A DNA stretch of 16,928 nucleotides from Candidatus Thorarchaeota archaeon (GCA_048884785.1 JBHLQM010000068.1:1-16928); one strand, 5' to 3'; counted from the stretch's first letter, positions 6,194 through 14,559 are shown. Numbers and translations: made by a program. Notes: generated by a model from the letters alone, not told the origin.

Positions 6194-8503
6194 TCCAAGG
6201 TATAGAGCAATAAGCTCAGGTTCACCCTTATAGGTCGGCTCTTTGTCCATACTGATACGCTGGCGATTATCCCAGATACTTCTTGCAAGAAGATCTGCAG
6301 TTCTTGCCTTTCCATCAACATTCTGAGCTGCTTGCATATCTCCTACTTGTTGGAAGACCTGGGCTGCTACTGTATAGTTGCCAACTGCTTCTCTCAATTG
6401 ATCCTTTGCCTCGTCGAAATATCTGCTTGCCTTGTTCTTCTCGCCCTTTTTCGAGAGATATTCGCCCATGAAGTCACTTTTTGCCCCTTCAAGACGATGC
6501 TGGTCTCCCTTGAATTTCATTACCACGCCTCGTAGTTGCTGTACCTGAGACTCAACATTGTTCTTTTTCCTGATCATCTCTCCAGCAACACTATCCAACT
6601 CATCTGCAGCTCGCTCGAATGCCGCAACTGCGTGCATAATTCTTGAAATGGTTGAATCATGGGCCTTGAGAGCAACCTCAATGTTTTCATTATCATCATC
6701 GAAAATTGCCAGTTCATCCTCCAATCGGGTGAACGCATTTGCTCGCTCAATCTGCGCCCGAAACGCCCATTGCTCGGATTGCCTTGAGAAGACCTGTGCC
6801 TCCGATGCATAGGCTGTTGCCAAGGCGAGTTTCCCTAAATCTGTGAGCTCATTGGCAACGTCTTGACTTCCAATCACTCGATAGAATGCCGCAGACTCTG
6901 CTGCGTGGAGATTCTCAAGTATTCGCGACATGATGAACTTGACACCGTGCTGAAGATTGGCGCTAAGTCTGAATTGAATGACGTATTTTACATTGTTGAG
7001 TATTGCAAGAGTTTGGTTTCTGAGCTTTCCAACATCGTCATCATCCACTTCAAGGCTTAATAGAATTCCCAAACTGGTGAGTGCTTCACGTATACCCTCT
7101 AGCGACTCCGAAGGGTCTTCATTCATACTTGCTCGTGCTGAGTCCAACGCCTTGCTAACATCCTGAATGAGACCCTCCTTCCTAAGATCCTTCGCGAAAT
7201 CTATCTGTTGAGCAATGCCTGTTGCATCCTTTGGCTTCTTCTTTAGAAGTTCTTCAACGAAGGAGAAAATCCTTAGGTTCTCACGAATTGCGGCAGTTAG
7301 TGCTCTCGTCTTAGATAGGTTCTCTGCTTTCTTTAGGTCCTTGAAGATCTCATCTAATACTTTGAAAGCTTCATCAATATTATTCACTACAAGAAGTTCT
7401 GAGAGTGTCCGGACCGAAGCCTCTGCTTTGCAGAAGAAAGCCTGTGCCCTGTTTTGTTCTTTATCAATCCGTGACTGTTCTGCATTTCCCTGCAATGTCA
7501 CGATTTCTGTAAATAGCTTCTCGGCCCTGCCAAATGCGTCAGAAGATGTCTGATATAGTTTCGAAGCATCTTCTAAATTTCCAGCACGCATTTGCGCCTC
7601 TGCAATGTCATTGTAGGTCATGCCAAGATACACTTCGCTGAGTCCTGCAGTGTTGTTCTTCCATGCCTTTAGGGTAGTTAGCTTTTGTTTATCGAGTGAT
7701 TTGGATTTCTTGAAATGGGGAATCGCCTCATTATAGAGGTCTGTTGCCTGCTCAAATATGAATGAGCTAAGAATGTCTCGCCAAATGAGTTCATCAAAGG
7801 GATTGAATGCTTGCCTAAAGACACTCTCTTGCCCAATTAATTCATTGACAAACTCATCATAGAATTCGGCTTCTGCCGCCTTGTTCTTACCGAGAATCTC
7901 TGAGAGTTCATGACCATCTTTTTCTGCAGCTTCCTCAACCAGTCCATATGCCTTGAATCCCAGAGCTACCCTTCGAAGTTTTTGAGTTCCATCCACAGAT
8001 TCCGGAACAGCTGAGAAAGGCTTCTCTAGCATGGTGTAGACCGCAGCTAGGTGTCTTGATGCGCTTCTTTGCTTGTCTTCATGTTCTTGCTCAATGAAAG
8101 GACCACTTGCGGCGGCGGCTTGATGCAGCCATGCAAGCACCTTGGCCATCCAAACATCTGCAAGATTCGTCTGTGCCTGAGCCTGGATCTCCTTCATTGC
8201 CTCTTCTAATTGCTCTCGTGTTTCACCATCAGCTGTTGCAAGCCTATTTCTGAGGTATGCAAGGTCGAAATCCTCGCCCATGATTTCCTCTGAGAAGTTT
8301 GCCACTTCATCATAGAGTTTGGTAAATGCATCATGAAGGGCAATTCGTTTCTGCTCAAGCCCATCCTTATCGTCAATATCGTGGAGTGCAAATTCCCTTA
8401 CTGCATCTTGGGCTGTTCTGTTTAAATCATATAATTTGCTTGTGTACACAGTAGCTTTGCTATCCTTAGTTTCCGAACGACCCTTTTTACCCGAATTGCT
8501 CAT
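6179..8503 (-). CDS. Large alpha-helical repeat (TPR/SNAP-like solenoid) protein of unknown function
   Basis: 774-aa ORF rich in A/E/L/K with helical-repeat motifs (AEAQMRAGNLEDASKLYQTSSDAFGRAEKLF; SKKGEKNKASRYFDEAKDQLREAVGNYTVAAQVFQQVGD); GGGGGTG SD upstream. Confidence 0.75.
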   Translation of the reverse strand: MSNSGKKGRSETKDSKATVYTSKLYDLNRTAQDAVREFALHDIDDKDGLEQKRIALHDAFTKLYDEVANFSEEIMGEDFDLAYLRNRLATADGETREQLEEAMKEIQAQAQTNLADVWMAKVLAWLHQAAAASGPFIEQEHEDKQRSASRHLAAVYTMLEKPFSAVPESVDGTQKLRRVALGFKAYGLVEEAAEKDGHELSEILGKNKAAEAEFYDEFVNELIGQESVFRQAFNPFDELIWRDILSSFIFEQATDLYNEAIPHFKKSKSLDKQKLTTLKAWKNNTAGLSEVYLGMTYNDIAEAQMRAGNLEDASKLYQTSSDAFGRAEKLFTEIVTLQGNAEQSRIDKEQNRAQAFFCKAEASVRTLSELLVVNNIDEAFKVLDEIFKDLKKAENLSKTRALTAAIRENLRIFSFVEELLKKKPKDATGIAQQIDFAKDLRKEGLIQDVSKALDSARASMNEDPSESLEGIREALTSLGILLSLEVDDDDVGKLRNQTLAILNNVKYVIQFRLSANLQHGVKFIMSRILENLHAAESAAFYRVIGSQDVANELTDLGKLALATAYASEAQVFSRQSEQWAFRAQIERANAFTRLEDELAIFDDDNENIEVALKAHDSTISRIMHAVAAFERAADELDSVAGEMIRKKNNVESQVQQLRGVVMKFKGDQHRLEGAKSDFMGEYLSKKGEKNKASRYFDEAKDQLREAVGNYTVAAQVFQQVGDMQAAQNVDGKARTADLLARSIWDNRQRISMDKEPTYKGEPELIALYLGGSGQ

Positions 8504-8573
8504 GGTGGCACCCCCAGCGATATTCTCAGGTGAAGGTGCTCAACGTTCTACTTAAGAATAGCTGAACTGGTAC

Positions 8574-8596
8574 GAAAGTAGGACTTTCAGTAAAAA
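8574..8596 (-). terminator. Oligo-T tract plus short hairpin after the wHTH gene
   Basis: TTTTT on the minus strand just after the stop at 8601, followed by the GAAAGT-agg-ACTTTC hairpin (8574-8588). Confidence 0.35.
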
Positions 8597-8600
8597 TCGT

Positions 8601-8975
8601 TTACTCATCAGCTGTTCTGAACTTAACTTCTCTCCCGTCACGATATTTGACGAGTTTTCCATGTTCAACGAGTTTGTTCAGAACTTCGCTGGTGCGCGAT
8701 CTGGACTTACCCCATTGCTCAGCAGCTTCAGTAGCTGTGAGCCCTGATCCAGTTCTTTGAAGGAGGCTCATGAGCCGTATCCAGCTGGCATCTTGGCTCA
8801 GAGCGCTGTCCTCCGCAAAGATGCGGTATTCACTCTCAATGTCCTGAACTTGAATGGAGGATTTTGTCGCGACCTGTGATTTGAGGTCATCAATGGTCTT
8901 TGTAAGATCGTATACGGTGTCACGTAAGACTCGAATTTCCCTTCTGAGTTTCTCGAGTTCCTGCTCTTTCTCCAT
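8601..8975 (-). CDS. Coiled-coil plus C-terminal winged helix-turn-helix DNA-binding protein
   Basis: Heptad-patterned N-terminus (LEKLRREIRVLRDTVYDLTKTIDDLKSQV); HTH and wing GLTATEAAEQWGKSRSRTSEVLNKLVEHGKLVKYRDGREVKF; GAGGG SD. Confidence 0.85.
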   Translation of the reverse strand: MEKEQELEKLRREIRVLRDTVYDLTKTIDDLKSQVATKSSIQVQDIESEYRIFAEDSALSQDASWIRLMSLLQRTGSGLTATEAAEQWGKSRSRTSEVLNKLVEHGKLVKYRDGREVKFRTADE

Positions 8976-8986
8976 CGGATATCCCT

Positions 8987-9352
8987 CTATCCTCTATAGT
9001 TCTTCTTTGACTCCAAATATGCACCATTTTTCCTGTTTTTGAGTGTTTTTAGAGTGTCCTTCTTGTCTTGAAGTCCTAAGTCATCCGGTGGAGAATACTC
9101 CTCCATAACTTCTCTAATCTCTGGTTTATGGGAGGGAACGTCCATTTCAGCCTCAATCACGATTGTTTCGGCTGAACTCTTTATTTCCACCTCTGATGCC
9201 TCCTCAGCTAGAATGGCTTCCATTGCGTTTTTCACACGCACTGTTTCTGCACAGTCTATACACCCATATTCTTCCTTCTTGTTCTTCAAAACTTCTTCAA
9301 GAATTTCTTTTGTTTCTGGGCAGCACTTTTCCCGCTTATGTCTGTATGTCAT
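8987..9352 (-). CDS. Uncharacterised protein with His/CC/CxxC motif, acidic linker and basic tail
   Basis: MTYRHKREKCCPETKEILEEVLKNKKEEYGCIDCAET...; ends 11 bp before the wHTH gene. Start placed at ATG 9352 (alternative 9361); the track's extension to 9478 runs through the promoter repeats and overlaps trmI. Confidence 0.7.
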   Translation of the reverse strand: MTYRHKREKCCPETKEILEEVLKNKKEEYGCIDCAETVRVKNAMEAILAEEASEVEIKSSAETIVIEAEMDVPSHKPEIREVMEEYSPPDDLGLQDKKDTLKTLKNRKNGAYLESKKNYRG

Positions 9353-9365
9353 GGATCTCATACCC

Positions 9366-9419
9366 GCCGTCAGAAATCGACAGTAATCGACAACAATCAA
9401 CAGCCAACAATAATCGACA
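9366..9419 (-). repeat. 10-bp-phased direct repeats TGT(C/T)GATT, candidate operator array
   Basis: Plus strand AATCGACA at 9375, 9385 and 9412, AATCAACA at 9395, with degenerate copies at 9403-9409 and 9366-9372. Confidence 0.85.
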
Positions 9420-9423
9420 ATCT

Positions 9424-9439
9424 GAATATAAGCTTTTGC
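9424..9439 (-). promoter_or_regulatory. Putative BRE-TATA promoter of the Cys-protein/wHTH operon
   Basis: Minus strand GCAAAAGC-TTATATTC immediately upstream of the repeat array. Confidence 0.6.
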
Positions 9440-9446
9440 AAATCGA

Positions 9447-10232
9447 TTATTTCTCCGAGGTGGCCATAGCTCGTGCAAAGGTCATGTACCCTGTGTGTCC
9501 AACCATCCATGTTGTTGGACGTGTTTTTCCCTCCCGTACCATAATCTCCCTCTGCATTACTTCCAATGTCTTGATCATTCCCCATTTGCCACTCTCGCCC
9601 ATTGCTTGACAAGTCTTCATAACTTGCTCCATGGTGGGGCTATAACTGGCAATGAAGTGACTGGGTTTGAGAACCCTATGTGCTTCATCAACGGCTAGCC
9701 ATGGTGTGGCAAGGTCAAGGATTACTGCGTCAATATCACTTTCATGAATGCCCTCTAAGATATCCTTGTGATACATTGTTATACGTTCCATATCGGCATA
9801 GCGTTCAAGATTCTTCTTTGCACCCTCAAACATATCTTCTCGTATCTCATATGTGTAGACATGGCCACTGGGTCCTACAGCTCTTGATAGCACCCACGTC
9901 AAAGATCCGGATCCCGTCCCAGATTCTATAACTCTTGATCCGGCACAGATTCCCGTTTCGCTGATAATTATTGCAGCATCCTTTGGATAGATTATCTGTG
10001 TATTTCTCCCCAAAGATATCTGGATGTCATTCTGACTCGGTTTGTGTATCTGAAAGATAATGCCAGAATGGCTCTCAACTCTGACCCCAAACGGCTGGCC
10101 AATTATATCATCATACGAGATGATTCCCTTATTTGAATGGAATTTTTCACCAGCTTTTACTCTTCTAATCCAATTTCTTTTGGCATCAAGAAATATGTAG
10201 ACGATGCTTCCATCTTCAATCTGCTCTGGCAT
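9447..10232 (-). CDS. trmI: tRNA (adenine-N1)-methyltransferase, m1A57/58 (GCD14/TrmI family)
   Basis: RNTQIIYPKD, ESGTGSGSLT SAM-binding motif, YEIRED, LDLATPW, YSPTMEQV, RPTTWMVGHTGYMTFAR. Confidence 0.96.
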   Translation of the reverse strand: MPEQIEDGSIVYIFLDAKRNWIRRVKAGEKFHSNKGIISYDDIIGQPFGVRVESHSGIIFQIHKPSQNDIQISLGRNTQIIYPKDAAIIISETGICAGSRVIESGTGSGSLTWVLSRAVGPSGHVYTYEIREDMFEGAKKNLERYADMERITMYHKDILEGIHESDIDAVILDLATPWLAVDEAHRVLKPSHFIASYSPTMEQVMKTCQAMGESGKWGMIKTLEVMQREIMVREGKTRPTTWMVGHTGYMTFARAMATSEK

Positions 10233-10350
10233 ACTGTGAGATTTTCATATGAATCCGTTTTGAGTCTTGCTGAGTGTCCCGATTTCTTGTTGCGCGCTAC
10301 GCTACAAAGCTTTATTCGATTTCAACAATTCAGGCATAGGAGGGAGCCTA

Positions 10351-12546
10351 TTGGAAGAGCACGATGATTCAGAAACCACAGAACCACTAGGTGACGATGA
10401 AGAAGAAGGACCCCACGAACCCACGCCACCCGTTAAAGAACCAGTCAAGCTAATCCCAAAGAGTGTGCTGACTTATCACCCTCGTGTGTCTGAGCATCTG
10501 GAGTTGCTGACTGATGAGGAATTAGGAGTTGTTCTCGGTCGCTCCAAATCTTTTCACAGTAAGTATTCAGAAAGCGGTCTTGGTATGCTGGGGGCAGTCT
10601 CCGAAACAACAGATGACGTGCTCACCTCATACTTTGGAATGCCTGTTAGTCTTGACCTAATGAGCCCCCATGTTCTATTTGTTGCCGGAAAGCGGGGCTC
10701 TGGCAAGAGTTATACTCTCGGTACAATCGCTGAGGAATTAGCGCTTGCCATGGAGCGTCAAGAGATTGAAGTTGCGGCTGTTGTCATAGATACAGTTGAT
10801 GTATTCAGGCAGATGATTGATGCCAATGATGAGCAATCGGAACTCCTCGCAAAATGGAATCTCAAGCCTAGAGGGTTTCCCGCCGCAGTGTACATTCCTA
10901 AGACTACCTACAATAGCCTCCCCGATGAAGTCAAGAAGAAGGCACATCTCTATCCACTAGCTATTAGTCCGCGGGAATTGACATCCAGCGATTGGGGTTA
11001 TATCTTGGAGAAAGGCGGCCAGCTGAGTACAACTATGGACAATCTGATTGGTGATGTCCTTGAGGGTGTCAGACAAGGCTATGTCCTTGAGTCTGGTGCA
11101 AAGTTGAAAGAGAAACGTGATTTCAGTATTCGAGATATGATAACCTGCATTGAATCCAATCCCCGCATAACTGAGCTGTATCAACTCTCTACTAGAACTG
11201 CGTTGGTTCAGCGTCTTAGACGAGCGGACCGATTAGGTGTATTTCACACTGGTGGAACCAGTGCACAGGATCTAGCGGTTGGAGGGCAGATCACGATTAT
11301 TGATGTCGCACCTCTTGGGTCCGATGCAGAAGCAGTTCTGGCGATTCTCACAAATATGCTCTGTAGACAAGTCTTGACTTATCGGATGGCTTGGACGGAC
11401 GAAGGCACAAGCGCAAGAGAAGAACTACCTCCGACATGGCTGATAATCGATGAGGCGCATACTCTTGTTCCTAGGTCCGGCAGTACACCCGCCAAGGATG
11501 CGATAATTGGATACGCCAAACTTGGTAGGCGCTTTGGGTGCAGTCTTGTTCTCTGTACTCAGCAGCCCTCTGCAGTTTCAGATGATGCTATCTCACAAGC
11601 TGATCTGATAATCTCACATTCACTGTCTCATGATAATGACATTCGGGCTCTGCAACAGAGAGCTCCAGCTGTGATGCCTGAGCAATTCAGGGATAAAGTG
11701 TTCATTAGCAGTCTTCCACGGGGAGTAGCAATTGTCTTTGATCAAGCTACGGAGAACAAGCGCGGATTCATCATGCATGTTCGTCCAAGAGCATCTCAAC
11801 ATGGTGGATCGGATAGATTGTCAGGACTATTTGAAGCGGCGCGTCTTCGAGTACCTCAAGAACATGAAGACGTAGAAGAGCTACCTGAAGACGAGATCTT
11901 AGATGAATCTCAAGAAGAGGTTGATCTTCCAGAGGTTCCTCGTCCTCCCTTGAATCTGAGTGAAGAGGACTGGAAAGTGCTTGATGATTGGATGCAGCAA
12001 TATGTAGAAGCTCTATTTACAGAACGCATGCAGGAGTTTCGAATAACATCTGACCCTGCTCCACGTGTGGATGTTGGTCATGAATCCGAACCTATACCAA
12101 AGGAGCCCTTTTCCTCTGATGAAGTAGATGTGGACATTGAGTTGGATTTTGAGCATTTCATAATTCGCGACTTCGCACCACTCCAGCGCCAACTTCTGAA
12201 CAAGGCAATGACAAGGAAAGTTCTCTATTCTCCTGAATCGCACGAGTTTCTTTTTGGATCGCAAGTGAAACACAGAGAAACAGAATCCGTTGAGAGTGTC
12301 GGGGCAGATCCATTGAATCTGTTGAAACGTGTATTGGCTGTCCTAGTTGCTTCTGGTTTGAAGCTAGTGGACACAATCGAAGAGGATGGATTCTCCTTTG
12401 CCTTTCTGAGAGCGGATGGCATTAGAGCTTCTGTTTCAGCCGGTGTCAGTGTTGATGCAGTCAGCATTCCTGTTGTCATTGTTGGTGACAATCAGAAGAA
12501 GGTGACATCTATAGCTGACAAGCTGCGCACAGCACAAGGCCGATAG
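10351..12546 (+). CDS. HerA/FtsK-superfamily ATPase (DUF87-type) with acidic linker and extra C-terminal domain
   Basis: Walker A GKRGSGKS, Walker B LIIDEAH, AKLGRRFGCSLVLCTQQPS motif, VRPRASQHGG. Probable TTG start at 10351 after a GGAGG SD; the track gives 10267. Confidence 0.88.
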   Translation: MEEHDDSETTEPLGDDEEEGPHEPTPPVKEPVKLIPKSVLTYHPRVSEHLELLTDEELGVVLGRSKSFHSKYSESGLGMLGAVSETTDDVLTSYFGMPVSLDLMSPHVLFVAGKRGSGKSYTLGTIAEELALAMERQEIEVAAVVIDTVDVFRQMIDANDEQSELLAKWNLKPRGFPAAVYIPKTTYNSLPDEVKKKAHLYPLAISPRELTSSDWGYILEKGGQLSTTMDNLIGDVLEGVRQGYVLESGAKLKEKRDFSIRDMITCIESNPRITELYQLSTRTALVQRLRRADRLGVFHTGGTSAQDLAVGGQITIIDVAPLGSDAEAVLAILTNMLCRQVLTYRMAWTDEGTSAREELPPTWLIIDEAHTLVPRSGSTPAKDAIIGYAKLGRRFGCSLVLCTQQPSAVSDDAISQADLIISHSLSHDNDIRALQQRAPAVMPEQFRDKVFISSLPRGVAIVFDQATENKRGFIMHVRPRASQHGGSDRLSGLFEAARLRVPQEHEDVEELPEDEILDESQEEVDLPEVPRPPLNLSEEDWKVLDDWMQQYVEALFTERMQEFRITSDPAPRVDVGHESEPIPKEPFSSDEVDVDIELDFEHFIIRDFAPLQRQLLNKAMTRKVLYSPESHEFLFGSQVKHRETESVESVGADPLNLLKRVLAVLVASGLKLVDTIEEDGFSFAFLRADGIRASVSAGVSVDAVSIPVVIVGDNQKKVTSIADKLRTAQGR

Positions 12547-12575
12547 TTGAGAGCTGTGCAAATCTACTGCACAAA

Positions 12576-12591
12576 TGGCCTTATAAGGCCA
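12576..12591 (+). promoter_or_regulatory. TATA box embedded in a perfect 16-bp palindrome
   Basis: TGGCC-TTATAA-GGCCA; the TATA ends about 31 bp upstream of ATG 12618. Confidence 0.65.
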
Positions 12592-12617
12592 AATCTACAG
12601 TCCCGACTTGGTGCAAA

Positions 12618-12974
12618 ATGAGCAAGAAAGACATACGTCCTCCCGTAAATCTAAAGATTGCGAGCATGGCTGACCTAGCGAGGATGCTAGTATCATGGTC
12701 TCAACGAGACAGACCTGCAAGTATGTTATACTTTAAGCACGGTGGCCGCCATATCTACGGAACTCTAATCTCAAATCATGGCTACTATGAGATGTATGGT
12801 CTTCCCCTTTGGATTTACACAGAGAGTGATAGAGAACCTCCAGGGAATTTCTTGGCATATAGTGCTAGACCAAAGGAATCGGTAACTTTCGTTGATACAG
12901 TTGAATCTGAGCCAATGACAGTACATCTTCCTATCATTCGTCTTGCCGACCCTCTGGAAATCTTGGAAATGTGA
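12618..12974 (+). CDS. Conserved archaeal hypothetical protein
   Basis: Clean ORF with promoter and GGTG SD. The LADLAR...GYYExYGLP...PIIRL pattern resembles a small archaeal family of unknown function (recalled, not searched). Confidence 0.75.
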   Translation: MSKKDIRPPVNLKIASMADLARMLVSWSQRDRPASMLYFKHGGRHIYGTLISNHGYYEMYGLPLWIYTESDREPPGNFLAYSARPKESVTFVDTVESEPMTVHLPIIRLADPLEILEM

Positions 12975-12986
12975 GGCTACAATATA

Positions 12987-13427
12987 TCATCGGGATTTTG
13001 TCGACCAGAATGTCCGTCCTTCATTATTTAGCCAGTGTTTTAAATCGGCTAAGATAGTTGCATGATCGAATGCCAAGTCGTCAGGATTTATGGAATCGAT
13101 ATCAAACCATCTTGCTTCAGCCGCATCATCGCCGCCTTTTGGCTCACCGTCTACTAGACTGCCCACAAATACAATCGAAACCAAGTGGTCTCTAGGGTCT
13201 CTTGAGGGATCTGAATATACTCCAAGAATACCAATCAATTTTGTTTTGATGCTAGTTTCTTCCAATACCTCTCGCACAGCAGTATTTTCCACTGTTTCTC
13301 CATGCTCCACAAAGCCGCCTGGGAACGCCCATTTTCCCATGTATGGTTCTCGTCCTCGACGTACAAGAACAACTCGTCGATCTTTCAAAACGGCTACATC
13401 CGTTGTGGGTTTAGGATTCCTGTACAA
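12987..13427 (-). CDS. Nudix hydrolase (ADP-ribose pyrophosphatase-like)
   Basis: Nudix box GGFVEHGETVENTAVREVLEETS, with RDPRDH, GGDDA and LAFDH motifs; TTG start 1 bp after the upstream stop. Confidence 0.93.
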   Translation of the reverse strand: MYRNPKPTTDVAVLKDRRVVLVRRGREPYMGKWAFPGGFVEHGETVENTAVREVLEETSIKTKLIGILGVYSDPSRDPRDHLVSIVFVGSLVDGEPKGGDDAAEARWFDIDSINPDDLAFDHATILADLKHWLNNEGRTFWSTKSR

Positions 13428-13428
13428 C

Positions 13429-14475
13429 CTAGTACATCTCCCGCGAAGACGCCCGCATATAGTTCACAGCAAAGAGGCTCGCAAAGAGCAAGAATGCCAA
13501 CCAAATAGCAACTGTGACAATAATGACATCGAACTTGAAGAAAATCTCAACGATGAGGAACAAACCTACTATTACTATATTCACAGGGCTGCCAAGTGTA
13601 CTGTCATCCCGCACTCCTAGATACTGCTTAAGAAGAATGAGAATCACAACTATTGCCAGAGAGATATAGTTGATGAAACTGGTAAAGATGACCGATAGAT
13701 TAGGCAAGTCAATGATCATCCCTCCCGGCAGCGGAATGTCAGGTAGGTAGAGGGTTAGAAAGACTAAGAATAGGATAATCTGTCCTATTCGTATCCATGT
13801 AGTAGGAACATTTGTGTAAACTCTCCCATAGACACCTCTATCATATTGTTGTGCCCCAAAATAGATGAAATGGATTGGTGCAGCAAAGCTAAGTGCATTC
13901 ACTAGACATTGAGCAAAACCATAAACTACCTGAAACCAGAATGTGCTCCAGCTTTCAAGAATGACATCCCACACTTGAAGATAACCTGGCGTGAATTGCA
14001 GCATGACCAGAGCAGGCAATATGCACAATGCAAGTGCAACTAATACACCAATTGCAGAGGCTGCTTTTCCGCCGCCAAGTTTTCCGACTCCAACACGGTA
14101 GAACACATGTCCCGCAACAATCAGTCCTGAGAGTATTGCTAGCGGCGCAATAATCATGGGTAGGATAAAGAATCCAATAACAAATGCAGCGTTTGTGCCA
14201 TAGAAGATTCGCCATCGGAGAGGCACGGTAGTCGTGGTTTCACCGAAGAGTTGCACCGTATTCGCCAGTCTGAATCGGGCGTAGTAGATGTATCCAACCC
14301 AAGTCAGTGAGAAAATAGTTGGTGCAGCAATGAAGTGGAATAGAAAATCGTAGAAGGGATCTCCAAAAGGCACCATCTGAAATGGAAGCATCCACATCAA
14401 TAGGAAGAAGTAGATTGGACCCACAATTGAGAGAAGCACAACGGCCACGCGGGTCACTAACCAGTCTGGACTCAC
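13429..14475 (-). CDS. Uncharacterised polytopic membrane protein (about 9-10 TM)
   Basis: 348-aa highly hydrophobic ORF with GTG start and GAGGA SD; apparently translationally coupled to the Nudix gene. Confidence 0.8.
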   Translation of the reverse strand: MSPDWLVTRVAVVLLSIVGPIYFFLLMWMLPFQMVPFGDPFYDFLFHFIAAPTIFSLTWVGYIYYARFRLANTVQLFGETTTTVPLRWRIFYGTNAAFVIGFFILPMIIAPLAILSGLIVAGHVFYRVGVGKLGGGKAASAIGVLVALALCILPALVMLQFTPGYLQVWDVILESWSTFWFQVVYGFAQCLVNALSFAAPIHFIYFGAQQYDRGVYGRVYTNVPTTWIRIGQIILFLVFLTLYLPDIPLPGGMIIDLPNLSVIFTSFINYISLAIVVILILLKQYLGVRDDSTLGSPVNIVIVGLFLIVEIFFKFDVIIVTVAIWLAFLLFASLFAVNYMRASSREMY

Positions 14476-14559
14476 TGTATCCTCGCCTATTCAAGTTCTC
14501 AATCACATCTCATATAAGTTCTCTCGACATTATCAGTGATGGTATTCTAGGAGCTGAGG

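Noticed and set aside
9366-9419. Repeat array as a mini-CRISPR
   Set aside because: Units are 8 bp with 2-bp gaps; there are no spacers and no cas genes.
9353-9478. N-terminal extension of ORF 8987..9478 with repeated IVDYC peptides
   Set aside because: It overlaps trmI and crosses a TATA box; the peptide repeat is a by-product of the DNA repeats, whose 10-bp period is not a multiple of 3.
10267-10350. Longer N-terminus of the HerA-like ORF
   Set aside because: A GGAGG SD precedes TTG 10351; the extension would fill most of the divergent promoter region shared with trmI.
10351-12974. HerA plus small gene as an anti-phage defence system
   Set aside because: No nuclease, Sir2 or TIR motif is visible in the partner, it has its own promoter, and the context is housekeeping with no island features.
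13090-13620. 176-aa plus-strand ORF and other shadow ORFs (e.g. 2838..3155, 3271..3684, 7215..7553, 9163..9609)
   Set aside because: They are antisense or out-of-frame to well-supported genes and lack recognisable motifs.
13429-14475. Membrane protein as a rhodopsin or heliorhodopsin
   Set aside because: More than 7 hydrophobic segments and no DxxxK/SxxxK retinal-lysine motif in a terminal helix.
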